From: an uncultured virus (IMG/VR IMGVR_UViG_3300046002_006897)
Lineage: Duplodnaviria; Heunggongvirae; Uroviricota; Caudoviricetes
Length of the DNA: 64,000 bases
IMG/VR virus record: IMGVR_UViG_3300046002_006897
Reading direction: 5' to 3' (one strand)
The notes beneath the pieces are model-generated. The model ran no database searches, had not been told where the DNA came from, and saw only the letters and a list, made by a program, of their open reading frames with translations. The position numbers and the translations under genes are program-made. Positions 44,780 through 55,137 of this stretch are shown here, piece after piece. Within the stretch, counting starts at the first letter, position 1. Every line of letters begins with the position of its first letter.

Positions 44780-45036
44780 TCACTCCATCACAAGGTGCCG
44801 AACGCACACAACTAGTCAAGTGGGCAACTCCGCGCTTGCTCCGTTACTTTAAGTCACGGCGCAAGAGCATGATCATTTACCACAATGCGATTTGTGGTTG
44901 GGATGCTGGCAACGTAAAGATGGAAGATATGGCCACGAAACAAGAGATGCAGACTTGGGCTGCAATGCAAGCCGAACTTGATTTCATTCAGAACATTCTT
45001 TATACTCGCGCACACGTTCAAAAACATAGGGCTTGA
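44776..45036 (+). CDS. hypothetical protein
   Basis: Coupled ORF. Confidence 0.55.
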   Translation: MITPSQGAERTQLVKWATPRLLRYFKSRRKSMIIYHNAICGWDAGNVKMEDMATKQEMQTWAAMQAELDFIQNILYTRAHVQKHRA

Positions 45037-45067
45037 CTTTACATAGTTCAAGCCCTATTCTATTTTT

Positions 45068-45352
45068 ATGAATCCAAATAAACAAAGAATTGCTATTGCG
45101 GAAGCGTGTAGATGGACTAGACAATCAGACGATAGCATGTGGTTTGACGACCCAACGAACTCTTTTCAAGTGCATGAACAGGATATTCCAGATTATCTCA
45201 ATGATTTGAACGCTATGCATGAGGCGGAGAAGGTGCTATACAAGGGCATCATTAACCAAGAGTATTGGCAAAAGGGATATGGTAGATTTACCACAACCCT
45301 CGCTGAAATATGCGTTACTCCTTATAGCGCGACAGCAGCCCAACGAGCCTAG
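45068..45352 (+). CDS. hypothetical phage protein, possibly truncated by a TAG
   Basis: IAIAEAC.W, PDYLNDLNAMHEAE, ATAAQRA. Confidence 0.65.
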   Translation: MNPNKQRIAIAEACRWTRQSDDSMWFDDPTNSFQVHEQDIPDYLNDLNAMHEAEKVLYKGIINQEYWQKGYGRFTTTLAEICVTPYSATAAQRA

Positions 45353-45387
45353 GCTTTTTTACGAACAATCGGAAAATGGGAAAAACT

Positions 45388-45774
45388 ATGAAAACTTGGA
45401 AAAATAAAATTAACGACCCATTTCATGGAATATGCACGGTTAAAGAATGCACGACCAAGATTGCACCAATCAGTCATGGATTTGTAAATCTATACAAAGG
45501 AAATAAATGGATTGACTTTTGCGGAGTCAACTATGCTAAAAAACATATTATTAAACATAAAATGAAACCTAAGCAACGCCAAAAAGACGGTAGAAAATAT
45601 ATGCTTGTTGGTCGTGTTGGTATATTTGGACCAGAACTATTATGGGGCGACACTATTAACGATTTTCGTGCGTGCGATTTAAGCGATGTCAGCGATGGAA
45701 ATGCATTGCTATTGGCATCTAAAGATGGTAACGTCGTTAGAATTAAATGCAATGGAGCAAAATGGTACGCATAA
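45388..45774 (+). CDS. hypothetical protein
   Basis: ORF. Confidence 0.45.
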   Translation: MKTWKNKINDPFHGICTVKECTTKIAPISHGFVNLYKGNKWIDFCGVNYAKKHIIKHKMKPKQRQKDGRKYMLVGRVGIFGPELLWGDTINDFRACDLSDVSDGNALLLASKDGNVVRIKCNGAKWYA

Positions 45775-45775
45775 T

Positions 45776-46009
45776 ATGAAAATTATAAACAGCAAAGAAG
45801 AATTTAATAAGTTTTACTATTATAGTAAATCCGGTTATAAACCAAAGAAATATCCGACTGAATATCCATGCGTTTGTAAAATTGAAACCGGCGGCGGTGG
45901 ATTGGCAGGGGAATATGAAGCACACTATGCTGTTTATTTTCCAAAAACAGAATCGGTAACGGACGCATTTATATCTGGATTAAATACAGAATGGGAATAT
46001 ATTTGCTGA
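45776..46009 (+). CDS. hypothetical protein
   Basis: ORF. Confidence 0.55.
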   Translation: MKIINSKEEFNKFYYYSKSGYKPKKYPTEYPCVCKIETGGGGLAGEYEAHYAVYFPKTESVTDAFISGLNTEWEYIC

Positions 46010-46021
46010 TATTTATACTAT

Positions 46022-46213
46022 ATGACAAAAACACAAAACTACGTTGAAAAAGCAGCAAAGCGATTGGTTATTGGTGACAAAGTGCTTAGTTCATCAGGTA
46101 AAACACTAACAGTGTCACTTATCGTGAATAAAGGAAACAAAACCATCGTCTTGTTCGACGGCGATATGGAGGTCGATGTTGATCCATACCTTCAAGTCAA
46201 AGTTCTTACATAA
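46022..46213 (+). CDS. hypothetical protein
   Basis: ORF preceded by ATATTTATA. Confidence 0.55.
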   Translation: MTKTQNYVEKAAKRLVIGDKVLSSSGKTLTVSLIVNKGNKTIVLFDGDMEVDVDPYLQVKVLT

Positions 46214-46284
46214 AGTGTAAGAAAAGTCTTGACTTTTTATAAAAAGCACACCATAGTTATAGGTGTATAAAGGATGTTATAAAA

Positions 46285-46947
46285 ATGAATGTTATCAATC
46301 AACCAGTATTATCTCTAAATGCAAATTGGATGGCTCTTGGAACCAAGACTGTCAAAGATGCTCTAATCTCTATGCTTGGCGGAGACAGCGGCAATAATCC
46401 GCCAGCCGTTGCCATCGACATGGACTTTGCCGTTGGTGCCGATGGCAATGTTGATTGGGACAATCCAACAAGCACAATTCCGGTTGGTTGGGATGTGTGG
46501 AAAACATTGCCTGTGCGTGATTATGATCTGGCAATTCACACTGCCAATATGGTCATTCGTGCTCCACGGGTCATTATTCAGCCCAACTATGGCAAAATGC
46601 CTATGGTTGAGCCTCGTCCTACAAAAGAAGCCATTCGCAAGCGTGATGGTGGCATAGACCAATACACAGGAAAAGTTCTGTCTTGGAAAGATGGCAACAT
46701 TGACCATGTTATTCCACGTGCTCAAGGTGGCAAAAACACGTTTGAAAACATGGTGTGGTGTCATAAAGATATCAACAGTAAAAAGGCTGATAAAACACCC
46801 GAGCAGGCTGGTCTAAAGCTTATTCGCAAGCCATATGCACCAAAGTCAATTCCTGTCAGCGCAACAATAAATATTGCACATCATCCAAGTTGGGTTTATT
46901 TCATGGACAATGTAACAGAGGTTCGAGAGCCGAAGTTAAGCATTTAA
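46285..46947 (+). CDS. HNH endonuclease
   Basis: RD...QYTG, IDHVIPRAQGG, N..K. Confidence 0.9.
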   Translation: MNVINQPVLSLNANWMALGTKTVKDALISMLGGDSGNNPPAVAIDMDFAVGADGNVDWDNPTSTIPVGWDVWKTLPVRDYDLAIHTANMVIRAPRVIIQPNYGKMPMVEPRPTKEAIRKRDGGIDQYTGKVLSWKDGNIDHVIPRAQGGKNTFENMVWCHKDINSKKADKTPEQAGLKLIRKPYAPKSIPVSATINIAHHPSWVYFMDNVTEVREPKLSI

Positions 46948-47005
46948 GTAGAATAACATTGACAACCACGAAGTGTCGCAATATGATTGCGACACTTCTT
47001 ATTAT

Positions 47006-47452
47006 ATGAATAGCAATATAAAATACTACATATCTGGCGCGTTGCTGGGATTTACAATCTTTGCGGCAATACAACTGCCAAGCGTCTGGTTAGCTGATAT
47101 AATCCTACTCGATATTTTGGCAGCACTTTTTTATCTATATTTACAACTAAAACGGAGAATATCCGAAGAGTTTGAGAAATATAACATCAAGTTTGTAGAG
47201 TCGGGAAATGCAATCACAGACACGTTGAAGGTTGCGTTCGACAATATAAAAAAAACAAGTACTGAACAACAAAAATTAAATGCAAAACTTAGGGAATATA
47301 ATTCAAAATTACATCGGGTCGAGCAACACCAGCATAGACTGGCTAGTATCGGAATCAAAAAAGGAATTGACGCCCGAGATAAATTGTCTGAAGAGACGAG
47401 AACTTCTCGCCCGGACGAAGTTCAATCACAGAGACGTGGTCGAACTGAGTGA
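47006..47452 (+). CDS. Membrane protein with coiled coil
   Basis: Two N-terminal hydrophobic helices. Confidence 0.6.
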   Translation: MNSNIKYYISGALLGFTIFAAIQLPSVWLADIILLDILAALFYLYLQLKRRISEEFEKYNIKFVESGNAITDTLKVAFDNIKKTSTEQQKLNAKLREYNSKLHRVEQHQHRLASIGIKKGIDARDKLSEETRTSRPDEVQSQRRGRTE

Positions 47453-47517
47453 CCAATTAAAATCTCTTACAAAGCTTTGTAAAAAACTAAACATAAACAT
47501 TGATAATTTATACGTAA

Positions 47518-47733
47518 ATGAAAACAAACTCGGATAGTCCAACAATGGTAGAATTTGGAAAGCTTGATGCCGGAAATAAATTCTTTTTGTCCAACCCAAT
47601 TGGACTCGAAGACCGTGCATCTTATATAAAAATGACAAGTCAAAAAGACAAGGATGGTAGGTGGTCAAACGCCAAGAACCCATTTGGTATAGTAATATTC
47701 GTGCAATATGACAAACGCGTGTGGGTAAAATGA
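47518..47733 (+). CDS. hypothetical protein
   Basis: ORF. Confidence 0.55.
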   Translation: MKTNSDSPTMVEFGKLDAGNKFFLSNPIGLEDRASYIKMTSQKDKDGRWSNAKNPFGIVIFVQYDKRVWVK

Positions 47734-48140
47734 AAATTGTAATAAGCAAATGTTATGGTGGATTTAGTCTTTCACCCAAAGCAGTCAAATGGCTCGCAGA
47801 CAAACGTGGACAACAGTGCCACTTTTTTCAGTCCAAGTATGTCGATGGAAAGCATGCGTATGTTCCATTTGATGGCGAATTCCCAGAGGGTTTGTTCTGG
47901 GTTGCTTTTAGTACAGACAATCCAACAAATGAAAATTATAGCAAATATCGTTTGGACAATCACCCACGTGACCGAGCCGACCCATTACTTGTCCAAGTTG
48001 TTGAAGAGTTGGGCGAAGAAGCAAATGGTTCTGCCGCAGAACTAAAGGTTGTTGACATACCAGATGGTATTGAATATACAATTGAAGAATATGATGGCAT
48101 GGAAACTATCCACGAAGCCCATCGCGTGTGGGGAGATTGA
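47730..48140 (+). CDS. Conserved phage hypothetical protein
   Basis: KCYGGFSLS, R.DP.LVQVVEELG, IEEYDG.E. Confidence 0.75.
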   Translation: MKIVISKCYGGFSLSPKAVKWLADKRGQQCHFFQSKYVDGKHAYVPFDGEFPEGLFWVAFSTDNPTNENYSKYRLDNHPRDRADPLLVQVVEELGEEANGSAAELKVVDIPDGIEYTIEEYDGMETIHEAHRVWGD

Positions 48141-48951
48141 TCGGTTCAGATTTGGGAATTTTGTGATTGTGCCTGTATTTTGTATGGCAAGAAGACCCGC
48201 AAAACAAAAACTTCCCGCCTTTATTCCAAGACTTCAATACAGTTTTTTCTTTCCCACAACAAATACATTTATAAGTTAGATACGCTGTTTCTTTTTTGTA
48301 TTGATTGAAACATTGTCGGTCACAAAAATGATCTTCATTTGGTCCTTTATACCTATTCTTTTCTATATTTTTTGTTTTTCCACACATTTTACACTGAATA
48401 TCTATTCTTGCGTTTTTTTGTTTTAGTTTTATTCCACATGGTTTGGAACAGCATTTTTGAGTTTTTACTTTATTATGAGATGATGGAATAGTAAATGTTT
48501 TCCCGCATATTACACAATCAGATGTATAGTATTCTGTTGTTGATTCAACCGATTTTCTATAACAAGAAAAACTACAAAACTTTGTTTTTTCTTTATTATG
48601 TCTGCTTTCTGTAACGTTGAATAGTTTTCCACAATAATCACAAGTTGAATGAACCCGCTTGAATAGTTTTTTGCGAAGCCATCCATAAAGTTTGTTATTC
48701 CTTTTTTGACCCCCATTCGCCGTACACATCATATTGGCAGCAAACAAGATATTGCGATTGTCTGGATATATTTTTACCAAAAGTTGATGGCATACATAAT
48801 GTTCTTCGGGTGTGAGTGATACTATGTTTTCACCTTCATCATTTCCTCCCAAACATTTCGGTATTATATGATGCTGTTCATACAAATCTTCGTTTGGACT
48901 TCTCGACTTTGCTCTTTCAACTATTCGGTGATATATTTCGGGGTAGTTCAT
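48106..48951 (-). CDS. HNH homing endonuclease with tandem Zn-ribbon repeats
   Basis: HHIIPKCLGG..N..LTPEEH..CH; four CxxCG...CxxxC repeats. Confidence 0.85.
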   Translation of the reverse strand: MNYPEIYHRIVERAKSRSPNEDLYEQHHIIPKCLGGNDEGENIVSLTPEEHYVCHQLLVKIYPDNRNILFAANMMCTANGGQKRNNKLYGWLRKKLFKRVHSTCDYCGKLFNVTESRHNKEKTKFCSFSCYRKSVESTTEYYTSDCVICGKTFTIPSSHNKVKTQKCCSKPCGIKLKQKNARIDIQCKMCGKTKNIEKNRYKGPNEDHFCDRQCFNQYKKETAYLTYKCICCGKEKTVLKSWNKGGKFLFCGSSCHTKYRHNHKIPKSEPINLPTRDGLRG

Positions 48952-49193
48952 TTTTTGTTTTTTAGTTCATAGTATTTTTGTAACTTTTTCTTTTTTATCT
49001 CTTCCTTGTGGAGTTGATAATATTTGTTGGCGCGAACACGACTTTCTTCAAGAACTTGTTCGTAGGTTTTGTTATGTGATTTTCTTCCCATGTGAATAAA
49101 TATAAAATAAAAAAAGAAAAACGCAGGAAAATGCTATTTATAACAAACATCTTGTTGACATATATCCGCACTATTGTATAGTTGGTAAATAAT

Positions 49194-49658
49194 ATGGCAA
49201 AAATAAAAAATGAAGTTGACAAAAAACCAAAGACTAAAAGTTTATTTGATCACCTCAATGAAATCCGTGTGGGAAAAAATCCTAAATACTTTGAAACTCT
49301 GTCTGAAACGGATAAAAAGACTTGGAGTAATTATATGGTATGCAGATTTTTAAGCATGCAACCATTGCTGGTAGAAACGATAAATGATATGCAATCATAC
49401 CAAGATAAGTTAGAGCCTAAAGATTTCTATCGACTGTGTTCGGAGACAGTGCCGCGAGGCCGGGGATATTATCCATATATAAAAAACACAGCGGAAAAAT
49501 ATAATAAATCTTTGCTGTCATTGCTTTGTATACATTTTAAAGAATGTGAGAGAAATGTGTTGCAGTATATTGGACTCCTGACCCAAGAGGATTTGCGGGC
49601 GATAGTAAAATTGTACGGATATTCAGACAAACAAGCAGATGAGTTAATTATAACTTGA
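49194..49658 (+). CDS. Clamp loader small subunit (gp62-like)
   Basis: LFD.LN.I, YM..RFLS, P..R...PY.K. Confidence 0.6.
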   Translation: MAKIKNEVDKKPKTKSLFDHLNEIRVGKNPKYFETLSETDKKTWSNYMVCRFLSMQPLLVETINDMQSYQDKLEPKDFYRLCSETVPRGRGYYPYIKNTAEKYNKSLLSLLCIHFKECERNVLQYIGLLTQEDLRAIVKLYGYSDKQADELIIT

Positions 49659-49689
49659 CGTTATTCGTGTGCTCTGTACCATTTGATAT

Positions 49690-50328
49690 ATGAGTAATAA
49701 ACGTGTAATTGGGATAGGAGGCGTGGCAAGGGCTGGAAAAGACACCTTCGCCTCTATATTAACCAATCAATTGAAGGCGGCGGGAAAAACGGTAGATAGG
49801 TTTGCGTTTGCGGACGCATTGAAAGAGGACTGTGAGGCGTTTTGTGTAGAGAAACTCGGAGTGACCGCGTTCACGCAAATACCAGAGGAAAAGATTTTAA
49901 TTCGGCCATTGCTTGTTTGGTATGGCGATGCAAAAAGAAAGCAGACCAATGGAAGATATTGGGTAGATATTATAGATAAACAAGTGAAAGCGTCAACCGC
50001 CGATTTTTGTATTGTTACCGACGTTCGTTATGACTTCTACGAGCGTGATGAAATCAATTGGGTCAAACAAGAGTGTCATGGTCTTGTGGTGCACGTGAGT
50101 CGGTGGAGCAGGCCGAGCATTCTAAATGCAATCGGGGATAGAACTTTGAGATACTATGTGCAACCAGCCAATGACCACGAAAAAGAGAATAACCCAAAGG
50201 TAAAAGCCAAAGCTGATCGCGTCGTTGAATGGGAAAACGTAGACGGTTTAACTATGGAACAACTGACATTTGCTCCGTCCCTAGTAGCCCACGTAGACGA
50301 GTTTATATTTAAATCCCGACTGGTTTAA
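49690..50328 (+). CDS. Deoxynucleoside monophosphate kinase
   Basis: GVARAGKDT, FADALK, R.LL..YG, TDVRY. Confidence 0.8.
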   Translation: MSNKRVIGIGGVARAGKDTFASILTNQLKAAGKTVDRFAFADALKEDCEAFCVEKLGVTAFTQIPEEKILIRPLLVWYGDAKRKQTNGRYWVDIIDKQVKASTADFCIVTDVRYDFYERDEINWVKQECHGLVVHVSRWSRPSILNAIGDRTLRYYVQPANDHEKENNPKVKAKADRVVEWENVDGLTMEQLTFAPSLVAHVDEFIFKSRLV

Positions 50329-50756
50329 TCTTCGTCGGAATCTTCGTCGGAATCTTCTCCGTTGTCAAATTCCTCATTCAATTTTAAGAAATCTTGTTGT
50401 GTTAATTTTAAGTTGTGTATAATAGCGGTAATTAACATAGCAAGTTGACGGGTATCAAACTTTTGCGATTTAATACTTTGACAAAATTTTTCGGATATTC
50501 CGATAATTTTTTTGTCAAGTTTTGCTCCACCCGACGGGTATATTATACCGGGGATAGGATTATTCGCATCGTGCATATCAGACAACTTATCCAGTTCCTC
50601 TTTGAGTAACTGATTATATTCGTCCTCACTCGCCGCGACTGTCTTTATTAATTTTTTCAACTCGTCTATATCATTTTTCTTGACAATCTTAGCAACAGAG
50701 AAATTTTTTAGTATCCCGGATTGCTGCAAAACGTGGGTGTAAGTTTGATTTGACAT
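50325..50756 (-). CDS. hypothetical protein with acidic tail
   Basis: ORF preceded by TATATTTAT. Confidence 0.65.
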   Translation of the reverse strand: MSNQTYTHVLQQSGILKNFSVAKIVKKNDIDELKKLIKTVAASEDEYNQLLKEELDKLSDMHDANNPIPGIIYPSGGAKLDKKIIGISEKFCQSIKSQKFDTRQLAMLITAIIHNLKLTQQDFLKLNEEFDNGEDSDEDSDED

Positions 50757-50831
50757 TATTATACTGTATTTAAGATAAATATAAACGTATTTCGTTTGAC
50801 ACCAAAGATTATCGGTATATTGTGATTGAAT

Positions 50832-51839
50832 ATGGCAACAGAAGAATTCCTCGTAGAAGACGCTGCAACTCCACCCGAACCTACAAAAGTAGTCGCGGAG
50901 AAGAAGCAAAAACATGTCAGTTTTAGCCAGTATGCTAAATGGTTGAAATGTCCCCAAGATTGGAAGTTGTCGTACATCGACAAACTTTCTCCGTACGACT
51001 CAACCATACACACAGTATTTGGAACTGCCATTCATGGTGCGATTCAAGCGTATCTTAAGATTCTATATACTGTGGGAGCGCCGGAGGCGGATGAATTTGA
51101 TACAATTGGAGAGTTTAAGAAGGGATACAAGAAAGAACTACTGCAATTGAAGATTGCCACACCGGAACAAGAGAAGCTATCCGAAGAAGAATTGAAATCG
51201 CTGAAATTAGTGACTGAGGCAACCATATCAGAATTTGAATCGGACGGAAAAACGATACTCAATCACATGCTCGACTATTCCACCAGAACAAAACATTTCC
51301 CGTCCAAGCGATACGAACTGGTAGGCATTGAGCTTCCGTTGGAAATCCCACTGAGAAAATCAACTCTGTTATATAAAGGATTCTTGGATATTGTGCTCAA
51401 GGATAAACAGACCAACAAAATATTGATATTGGACTTTAAGACCTCAACCAATGGATGGAATAAGTACCAGAAGGTTGACCGAACCAAGATTGACCAGCTA
51501 TTGCTGTATAAACGGTTTTACAGCCAAACGTTCAAAGTTGCGATGGACGAGATAGAAGTTGAATTCTTTGTGCTTAAACGCAAGCTGATGGAGGATGTGA
51601 CGTTCCCACAACAACGCATTCAACGTATATCTCCACCGGACGGAAAAAAGAGCATGGCCGAAGTTGAGGCATCGTTTTTAGATTTTATAAAAAGTGGATT
51701 TGACGACCAAGGAAATTATAACAAAGACGGGGCGTTTCCTAAAACTCCCGGCAAAGCAAAAAAGAATTGTAAATATTGCTTTTTCAAGACCCACAAGAAT
51801 GAAAAGGGAGAATTGTATTGTAACGGAAAGGAAGGCTGA
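50832..51839 (+). CDS. PD-(D/E)xK nuclease, Cas4/RecB-like
   Basis: S.SQ...CP, FGTAIH, GFLD, DFKTS, QL..Y, C..C...C. Confidence 0.85.
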   Translation: MATEEFLVEDAATPPEPTKVVAEKKQKHVSFSQYAKWLKCPQDWKLSYIDKLSPYDSTIHTVFGTAIHGAIQAYLKILYTVGAPEADEFDTIGEFKKGYKKELLQLKIATPEQEKLSEEELKSLKLVTEATISEFESDGKTILNHMLDYSTRTKHFPSKRYELVGIELPLEIPLRKSTLLYKGFLDIVLKDKQTNKILILDFKTSTNGWNKYQKVDRTKIDQLLLYKRFYSQTFKVAMDEIEVEFFVLKRKLMEDVTFPQQRIQRISPPDGKKSMAEVEASFLDFIKSGFDDQGNYNKDGAFPKTPGKAKKNCKYCFFKTHKNEKGELYCNGKEG

Positions 51840-51840
51840 C

Positions 51841-52083
51841 ATGACCATCAATTACGGTATCATTGCATATACATTAAAGGGCGAAAAAGAATCACCCACG
51901 CTATCAATTCTGCATTTTTGCGGATATGCGGAACCTCCCACACAAGCAGACATTGAATCGTTGTCCAAAGAATTAAACACCGACCCCGAATTTGGATTGG
52001 TAGGAAAGATTGGAACCGAGACATTTTTGATGGAAGCAACTCCCGATATTATAAAAAAGTTTAAAGAATTGCCGCCAGTTTGA
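51841..52083 (+). CDS. hypothetical protein
   Basis: ORF. Confidence 0.55.
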   Translation: MTINYGIIAYTLKGEKESPTLSILHFCGYAEPPTQADIESLSKELNTDPEFGLVGKIGTETFLMEATPDIIKKFKELPPV

Positions 52084-52140
52084 TTTTTATATATATGGAA
52101 AATCTAATTTCATATATATGTATATAGGAAATATCATACT

Positions 52141-52350
52141 ATGAAATTAAAATCAAATCACGAAACTAGCTTCACTTCCGTCCATGTGTTCAAGGACAAA
52201 TATACCCTATTCAAAGAATCTGGTGTAAGTAGCGGAATGACGCTCCAAAAATTGGTCAATCGTTGCGTATATCTTTATATCAACGACCCCGAATTCAAAA
52301 AGAAGGTAGACGGAGAATCTGCATTACAAAGCAGTGGATCAGCATTTTAA
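52141..52350 (+). CDS. Small DNA-binding-like protein (ribbon-helix-helix-like)
   Basis: TSVHV...Y..FK...TLQKLVNR..YLY. Confidence 0.5.
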   Translation: MKLKSNHETSFTSVHVFKDKYTLFKESGVSSGMTLQKLVNRCVYLYINDPEFKKKVDGESALQSSGSAF

Positions 52351-52396
52351 TTATAAGTTGACAAACGCAAAAATTAAAGCATAATACGAAAATTAT

Positions 52397-53872
52397 ATGG
52401 TAAAAGATTATATTCCACAAAAAGATAGAAAAAAAATAATACTATTATGCGACGATTTGCGTATGCATTCTGGTATTGCCACAATGGCTAGAGAATTTGT
52501 CACTGGTCTTGCTCATAAATATAATTGGGTACAATTGGCCGGAAGCGTTCAGCACCCAGACAAAGGTAAGATTTTTAATCTCGATGCCGCCACAAATGCA
52601 ACCACCGGATTAACGGACTCTTATGTGCGACTATACCCTATTGATGGGTACGGCAACTCAGACGTATTAAATGAAGTTATAAAACTAGAAAACCCCGATG
52701 CTCTCCTACATTTTACAGACCCTAGATTCTGGATTTGGTTATATCAAATCGAGCGTGAGTTGCGTCAAAAGCTACCTATTGGCTTTTATAGTATATGGGA
52801 CGACCTACCATATCCTATGTATAATAGACCTTATTATGAGAGTTGCGATTGGATAGGTTGTATCAGTAAGCAGACCGAGAATATCGTAAAGGGAGTTCTT
52901 GGCTCCAATCTAAACAAACCGACCACGGTGACTTATGTTCCACATGGAATGAACACGAAAATGTTCAGACCGCTCGTCACAGAGGCGGAGCTAAAGGAGC
53001 TTGATATAGTTAAGAAGCAAATTCTAAAGAAAGAATATAGCTACGTTATTTTCTATAATAATAGAAACATTCGTCGCAAGCAAACTTCCACGATAATGTT
53101 GGCCTATCGCAATTTCTGCGATAACCTATCAAAAGAAGAAGCGGCCAAATGTGTGTTGCTCATGCATACACACCCGATAGATGAAGCTGGTACCGATCTG
53201 CTAGCAGTGAAGGAAGCATTTTGTAAAGAATATGACGTAGTATTTAGCACGGATAAGATTGCCCCGGAGCGGTTGAATCAATATTATAATATCGCAGACG
53301 TAACGGTAAATCTCTCCGACAATGAAGGATTTGGAATAGCCACAGCAGAAAGTCTTGCGGCTGGCACGCCGATTATAGTTTCTGTAACCGGGGGTTTGCA
53401 AGATCAATGCGGGTTTACAGACGCCAACGGTAAGCCAGTGGAATTCAATGAGAGTTGGGGCAGTAACCACGATGGTAGATATAAAAATCACGGTAAATGG
53501 GTAACCCCAATATATCCGGGAGCCAGAATGTTGCAAGGTAGCATTCCGACGCCATACATTATCGCAGACTACGCTAGATGGGAAGACTGCGCCGAAGCGA
53601 TGATGTATTGGTATATCTTGGGCAGAGAAAAGCGTAAAGAATGCGGTGAGGCTGGACGTGATTGGCTGAGTGGAGATGGTGGATTAAGTTCCGAGAGCAT
53701 GTGTGAAAAGATGGCGGACGGTCTAGACTCTATGATTGCAAACTGGAAAGGTCGCGAGAGATTTAATCTACATCGCCACGACGAGCACGTCGGACATACT
53801 ATGCCTAATAATCAACTCGGAATTATCTTGCCAAAGATAGATAAAGCTGTAGTATTGAGCAAATACAATTAA
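52397..53872 (+). CDS. Glycosyltransferase (GT4-like)
   Basis: SG.A, PHG, RN.RRK, EGFG...AES. Confidence 0.9.
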   Translation: MVKDYIPQKDRKKIILLCDDLRMHSGIATMAREFVTGLAHKYNWVQLAGSVQHPDKGKIFNLDAATNATTGLTDSYVRLYPIDGYGNSDVLNEVIKLENPDALLHFTDPRFWIWLYQIERELRQKLPIGFYSIWDDLPYPMYNRPYYESCDWIGCISKQTENIVKGVLGSNLNKPTTVTYVPHGMNTKMFRPLVTEAELKELDIVKKQILKKEYSYVIFYNNRNIRRKQTSTIMLAYRNFCDNLSKEEAAKCVLLMHTHPIDEAGTDLLAVKEAFCKEYDVVFSTDKIAPERLNQYYNIADVTVNLSDNEGFGIATAESLAAGTPIIVSVTGGLQDQCGFTDANGKPVEFNESWGSNHDGRYKNHGKWVTPIYPGARMLQGSIPTPYIIADYARWEDCAEAMMYWYILGREKRKECGEAGRDWLSGDGGLSSESMCEKMADGLDSMIANWKGRERFNLHRHDEHVGHTMPNNQLGIILPKIDKAVVLSKYN

Positions 53873-53878
53873 AGTAGT

Positions 53879-54232
53879 ATGAAACAACCAATGATGAACG
53901 ATGAAGAGTTTGCGACTATGATGCGGAAGCGCAAAATAGAATTTAAGGGGCCAAAATCCGAAATTTTGGACTACATGAACAAAACGTATCCATTGAAATC
54001 GACTCGACCAATGGAGATTGCGGCGGGAGACCGGTGGATTATTGATGATAACCTCACATACGAGAAACAGTTGGAGAACAACACTCGCAATATTGTGTTT
54101 CTGTTCTTTTTGGAATACGCGTCAATTAAGAAGTCTTCCGAGAATGAGGTGACGGAGACGTGGGACGTGGCGAGGGAATATATGCCGACCATATCGCTCA
54201 TGTTGCAATCGGTAATCGTGGAAATTGTTTAA
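53879..54232 (+). CDS. hypothetical protein
   Basis: ORF in operon. Confidence 0.6.
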   Translation: MKQPMMNDEEFATMMRKRKIEFKGPKSEILDYMNKTYPLKSTRPMEIAAGDRWIIDDNLTYEKQLENNTRNIVFLFFLEYASIKKSSENEVTETWDVAREYMPTISLMLQSVIVEIV

Positions 54233-54247
54233 TTAAATATAAATTGT

Positions 54248-54550
54248 ATGAAATCATCGACTAGAAGTGTTCCGGGGAGAATTAAAGAGTGGGTGATGGG
54301 AGTCTGGTGGAATATTAGATATTATAGATTGCGCAAGCGTTTCATTCGAAATGTAAATCATGTTGCCGGAACTGCACAATCCCCCATCACAATAAAAATG
54401 GTTGATGGACAACGGCACAGTGTGCGGACTTATGATGCAACCGCCGCAATCGGGTATAATCAACGGAAACAATGGTTGGACCAAGTTAGTAAGCGAGACC
54501 GAGAGCTTTCAGCGATAAGAGAAGAATACAATTCAAAGAACTTAAACTAA
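54248..54550 (+). CDS. hypothetical protein
   Basis: ORF in operon. Confidence 0.55.
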   Translation: MKSSTRSVPGRIKEWVMGVWWNIRYYRLRKRFIRNVNHVAGTAQSPITIKMVDGQRHSVRTYDATAAIGYNQRKQWLDQVSKRDRELSAIREEYNSKNLN

Positions 54551-54556
54551 AAAATT

Positions 54557-54748
54557 ATGTCAAAAACATTAACTAAAGACGAAGCAGAAGCAAAAGTATA
54601 CGAGCTAACAAAACAGCTCGCCGAAATCAAGAAGGAAAAGAAGATGGCAAATGCCGATTTCAAGGACCGTATCAACGATGTTGAGGCGGAAATCGAAGCT
54701 GTCATTCAAGAACAAGAAGATCAGAATACTCCCGGCACGGCTCCATAA
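54557..54748 (+). CDS. Small coiled-coil protein
   Basis: Heptad pattern. Confidence 0.6.
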   Translation: MSKTLTKDEAEAKVYELTKQLAEIKKEKKMANADFKDRINDVEAEIEAVIQEQEDQNTPGTAP

Positions 54749-54751
54749 TAA

Positions 54752-55060
54752 ATGAAGAAAACGCCGTTTACGGACGATCAATTGAGGTATGCCGCCCGCT
54801 CCCGCTGTGAATGCGGAGCCGGGTTGGCGTATCCAAACAATCCCACAATGCGACAAATGAAAGAGTGGGAGAATGAAAACAGTCCATTTGCAATGTGGAG
54901 TTTTTGGGACTGTTCGGATATATTAACGGGAAGAGCAATTCTAAAGGGACAAGAAGGATCAAAGATGCATACCGGTAGATTACCATTTGCATTTTATGAA
55001 ATAAAGAGTGAAGACCAACTATCGGCTAATGGGACAACGACGCGACCAACGGGAAAGTAA
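54752..55060 (+). CDS. hypothetical Cys-containing protein
   Basis: CECGAGLAY...WDCS. Confidence 0.6.
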   Translation: MKKTPFTDDQLRYAARSRCECGAGLAYPNNPTMRQMKEWENENSPFAMWSFWDCSDILTGRAILKGQEGSKMHTGRLPFAFYEIKSEDQLSANGTTTRPTGK

Positions 55061-55137
55061 AAAATACCAGAGTAATACTGCTTGACAAACAATCTAATGT
55101 ATAGAATAATAACAGAAACAAATTCGAATATAAAACT

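Noticed and set aside
50832..51839. Cas4-like nuclease as part of a CRISPR-Cas system
   Set aside because: No other cas genes or array are present, and solo Cas4-like nucleases are common in phages.
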